A model generated the notes under the pieces. That model was not told the DNA's origin, made no database searches, and worked only from the letters and a program-made list of their open reading frames with translations. The translations under genes and the position numbers were made by a program. Shown here piece after piece: positions 61,871-64,000 of a stretch of DNA of 64,000 nt (position 1 is its first letter; each line of letters opens with the position of its first letter). The stretch comes from Mobula hypostoma. Taxonomy: Eukaryota. Where the stretch lies: positions 3,596,001 to 3,660,000 of the forward strand of contig NC_086098.1 in assembly GCF_963921235.1 (NCBI RefSeq), in the 5' to 3' direction.

Positions 61871-64000
61871 AAGCAGTCTTGGTAAATATTTCAAGCTCAG
61901 TTGTTTGAACTTTGCTTTCCTCCTTCAAAATTATTGTTAAATATAGGTTTAGGATAAAGGGAATTAGTGAGTGACAAGATGGGGGGAGTGGCGAAGTAAT
62001 GTAGCAGTTATTGCAATGCTTCATAATGCCAGCTGCGAGGTCGGAGTTTATTTGCCACTGCTGCCTGTAAAGAGTCTATACATTCTACCCATGACTGCGT
62101 GGGTTTCCTCCAGGAGCTCCAATTTCCTCCCACATCCCAAAGACATACCGGTTAGTAAGGATTAATAAGTTGTAGGCATGCTGTGTAGCACCAAAAGTTG
62201 GGACTCTTGTTGGCTGCTCTTGGACTTTTGTTTGTTTGTTTGTTTGTTTATTTATTTATTTATTTGGACACAGTATGGAATAGGCTCTGGCAGCTCTTTG
62301 AGCCATGCTGCCCAGCAACCCGCTGATTTAACCCGAGCCTCATCACGGAACAATTTTCAATGACCAATTAACCTACTAACTGTGGATGTGGGCGGAAGCT
62401 GGAGCACCCGGAGGAAACCCACGTGGTCACAGGGAGAACGTACAAACTCCTCACAGAACTGTGTTGGTCTGTGACACAAAACAATGCAATTCACATGATG
62501 TTTCAATATATATGCAAAAAATAAAGCTAATCTTTCATCTTCAGATTTTTGAACAACACAGTGGATGACTTAAGCATCAAAGTTGGATGTGCTGCTGATT
62601 TTTTAGAGCATTTGGCACATCCACTTGGAACAGAGGTGAGGAAGAATTTCTTTAGCCAGAGGAGAGTGTACCTGTGGAATTCATCGCCACAGACAACTGT
62701 GCAGGCCAAGTCACTGTAAGTATTTAAGGTGAAGGTTGATAGGTTCTTGATTAATCAGAGCATCAAAGGTTAACGGGAGAGGGCAGGAGAATGGTGTTGA
62801 GAAAGATAATAAAGTCAGCCACGATGAAACAACAGAGCACAATTGATGGGCCGACTGGCCTAATTCAGCTCCTAGGTCTTATGGACTTATAAGGTAATGG
62901 GGGATGTCAGAGTTATGTTTTTCACACAGAGTGTGTTGGGTGCTTGGAATGTGTGGCAGAGGCAGATACATTAGGAACATATAGAAACTCTTCGATAGGC
63001 ACATGGATGATTGAAAACTGAAGGGTAATGTTAAAGGAAAGGGTTAGACTGATGTTGGAGAAGGTTAAAAGGCTGGCTTAACATTGTGTGCTAAAGGGCC
63101 TGTACTGTGCTGCAGTGATCTACGTTCTATGTTCATAAAAGCTGGCACTGAAAGAACAGTGAAAGGCTTCAGTTTGTGTTTCAAATGCTACTCAGCAGTT
63201 TGCCACAAGACCTGCAACTGACTACTGAGCTTTAGATACAAATGTTTGGGATGTGGACATCACAGACAAAGCTCATGTTTTAATCAAACCTCGATTGTCC
63301 CTGGAGCTGTGGAGGCCCACCTTTGAAACTGATGTATTCAAATGGTCAGAATCCTCTCACAATGCTGTCAGGTACAGAGCCCAGAAATTCACAGGAAAAG
63401 CCCTTTCCACTGTTGAGCACATTTACACAAGCAGCGTACATTGTCAAGGACTCCCACTTTCCAGGCCGTGCTCTCTTCTCGCTGTTGTCATCAGGCAGGA
63501 GGTACAGGAGCCTTAGCTCCCACACCACCAGGTTCAGAAACAGTTATCACTCTCCACCCATCAGGCCCCTGAACTATAGTGGAGAATTCATTCACCTCAA
63601 CTCTGAACTGAATTCACAACCTACATACTCACTTTCAAGGGCTCTACAACTCATGTTCTCAATATTACTTGTATATTTATTTGTCTTCTTTTACATATTG
63701 GTTACTTCTTAGTCTTTGTTTATATAAGGTTTTTCATAAATTCTATTATATTGTTTCATTTTCTTGTAAATGCCAGCAAGAAAATGGATTTCAAGGTAGT
63801 ATATAGGTACTTTGATAATAAATTTTACTTTGAACTGTGACATTGATTTTGAAAAAAACATGTGGTACCGTGACTGGATTCACTCTACACGAACACTGTT
63901 CGTAGTAAGACACTTGTGAAAGCACAGCGGTTAGTGCGATGCTACTACAGCTCAGGGCAATCCAGAGCTCAATGCTGTCTGTAAGGAGTTTGTACTTTCT

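Overview
Eukaryotic, transposon-dominated DNA, most likely from a cartilaginous fish. This is inferred from abundant HE1/V-type SINEs plus CR1, Rex1/Babar and Penelope-like elements; the species cannot be determined. Almost every ORF in the supplied track is retroelement debris or low-complexity sequence. Mobile elements include: a near full-length CR1 LINE (23631-27725; intact ORF1, broken ORF2); a 5'-truncated Neptune-type Penelope-like element (PLE) with inverted pseudo-LTRs and a target-site duplication (TSD) (44660-47008); two other PLE families; a Rex1/Babar element with its endonuclease region deleted and an L1 fragment nested inside; an 804-bp solo LTR; Tc1 and hAT MITEs; and many SINEs. 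The only host coding sequence I can support reasonably well is a minus-strand exon (33779-33953) encoding a signal peptide plus the start of a proprotein-convertase (furin/PCSK-like) pro-domain. I found no further convertase exons by eye. A weaker pair of phase-compatible minus-strand exons (15827-15891, 9138-9220) may belong to a second gene. The most notable structural signal is the PLE system: minimal hammerhead-ribozyme motifs in three PLE families, and ORF-less palindromic mini-insertions of about 215-250 bp with 12-14 bp TSDs and a one-sided tail. All calls are from reading the sequence; no database searches were run, and boundaries of old repeats are approximate.
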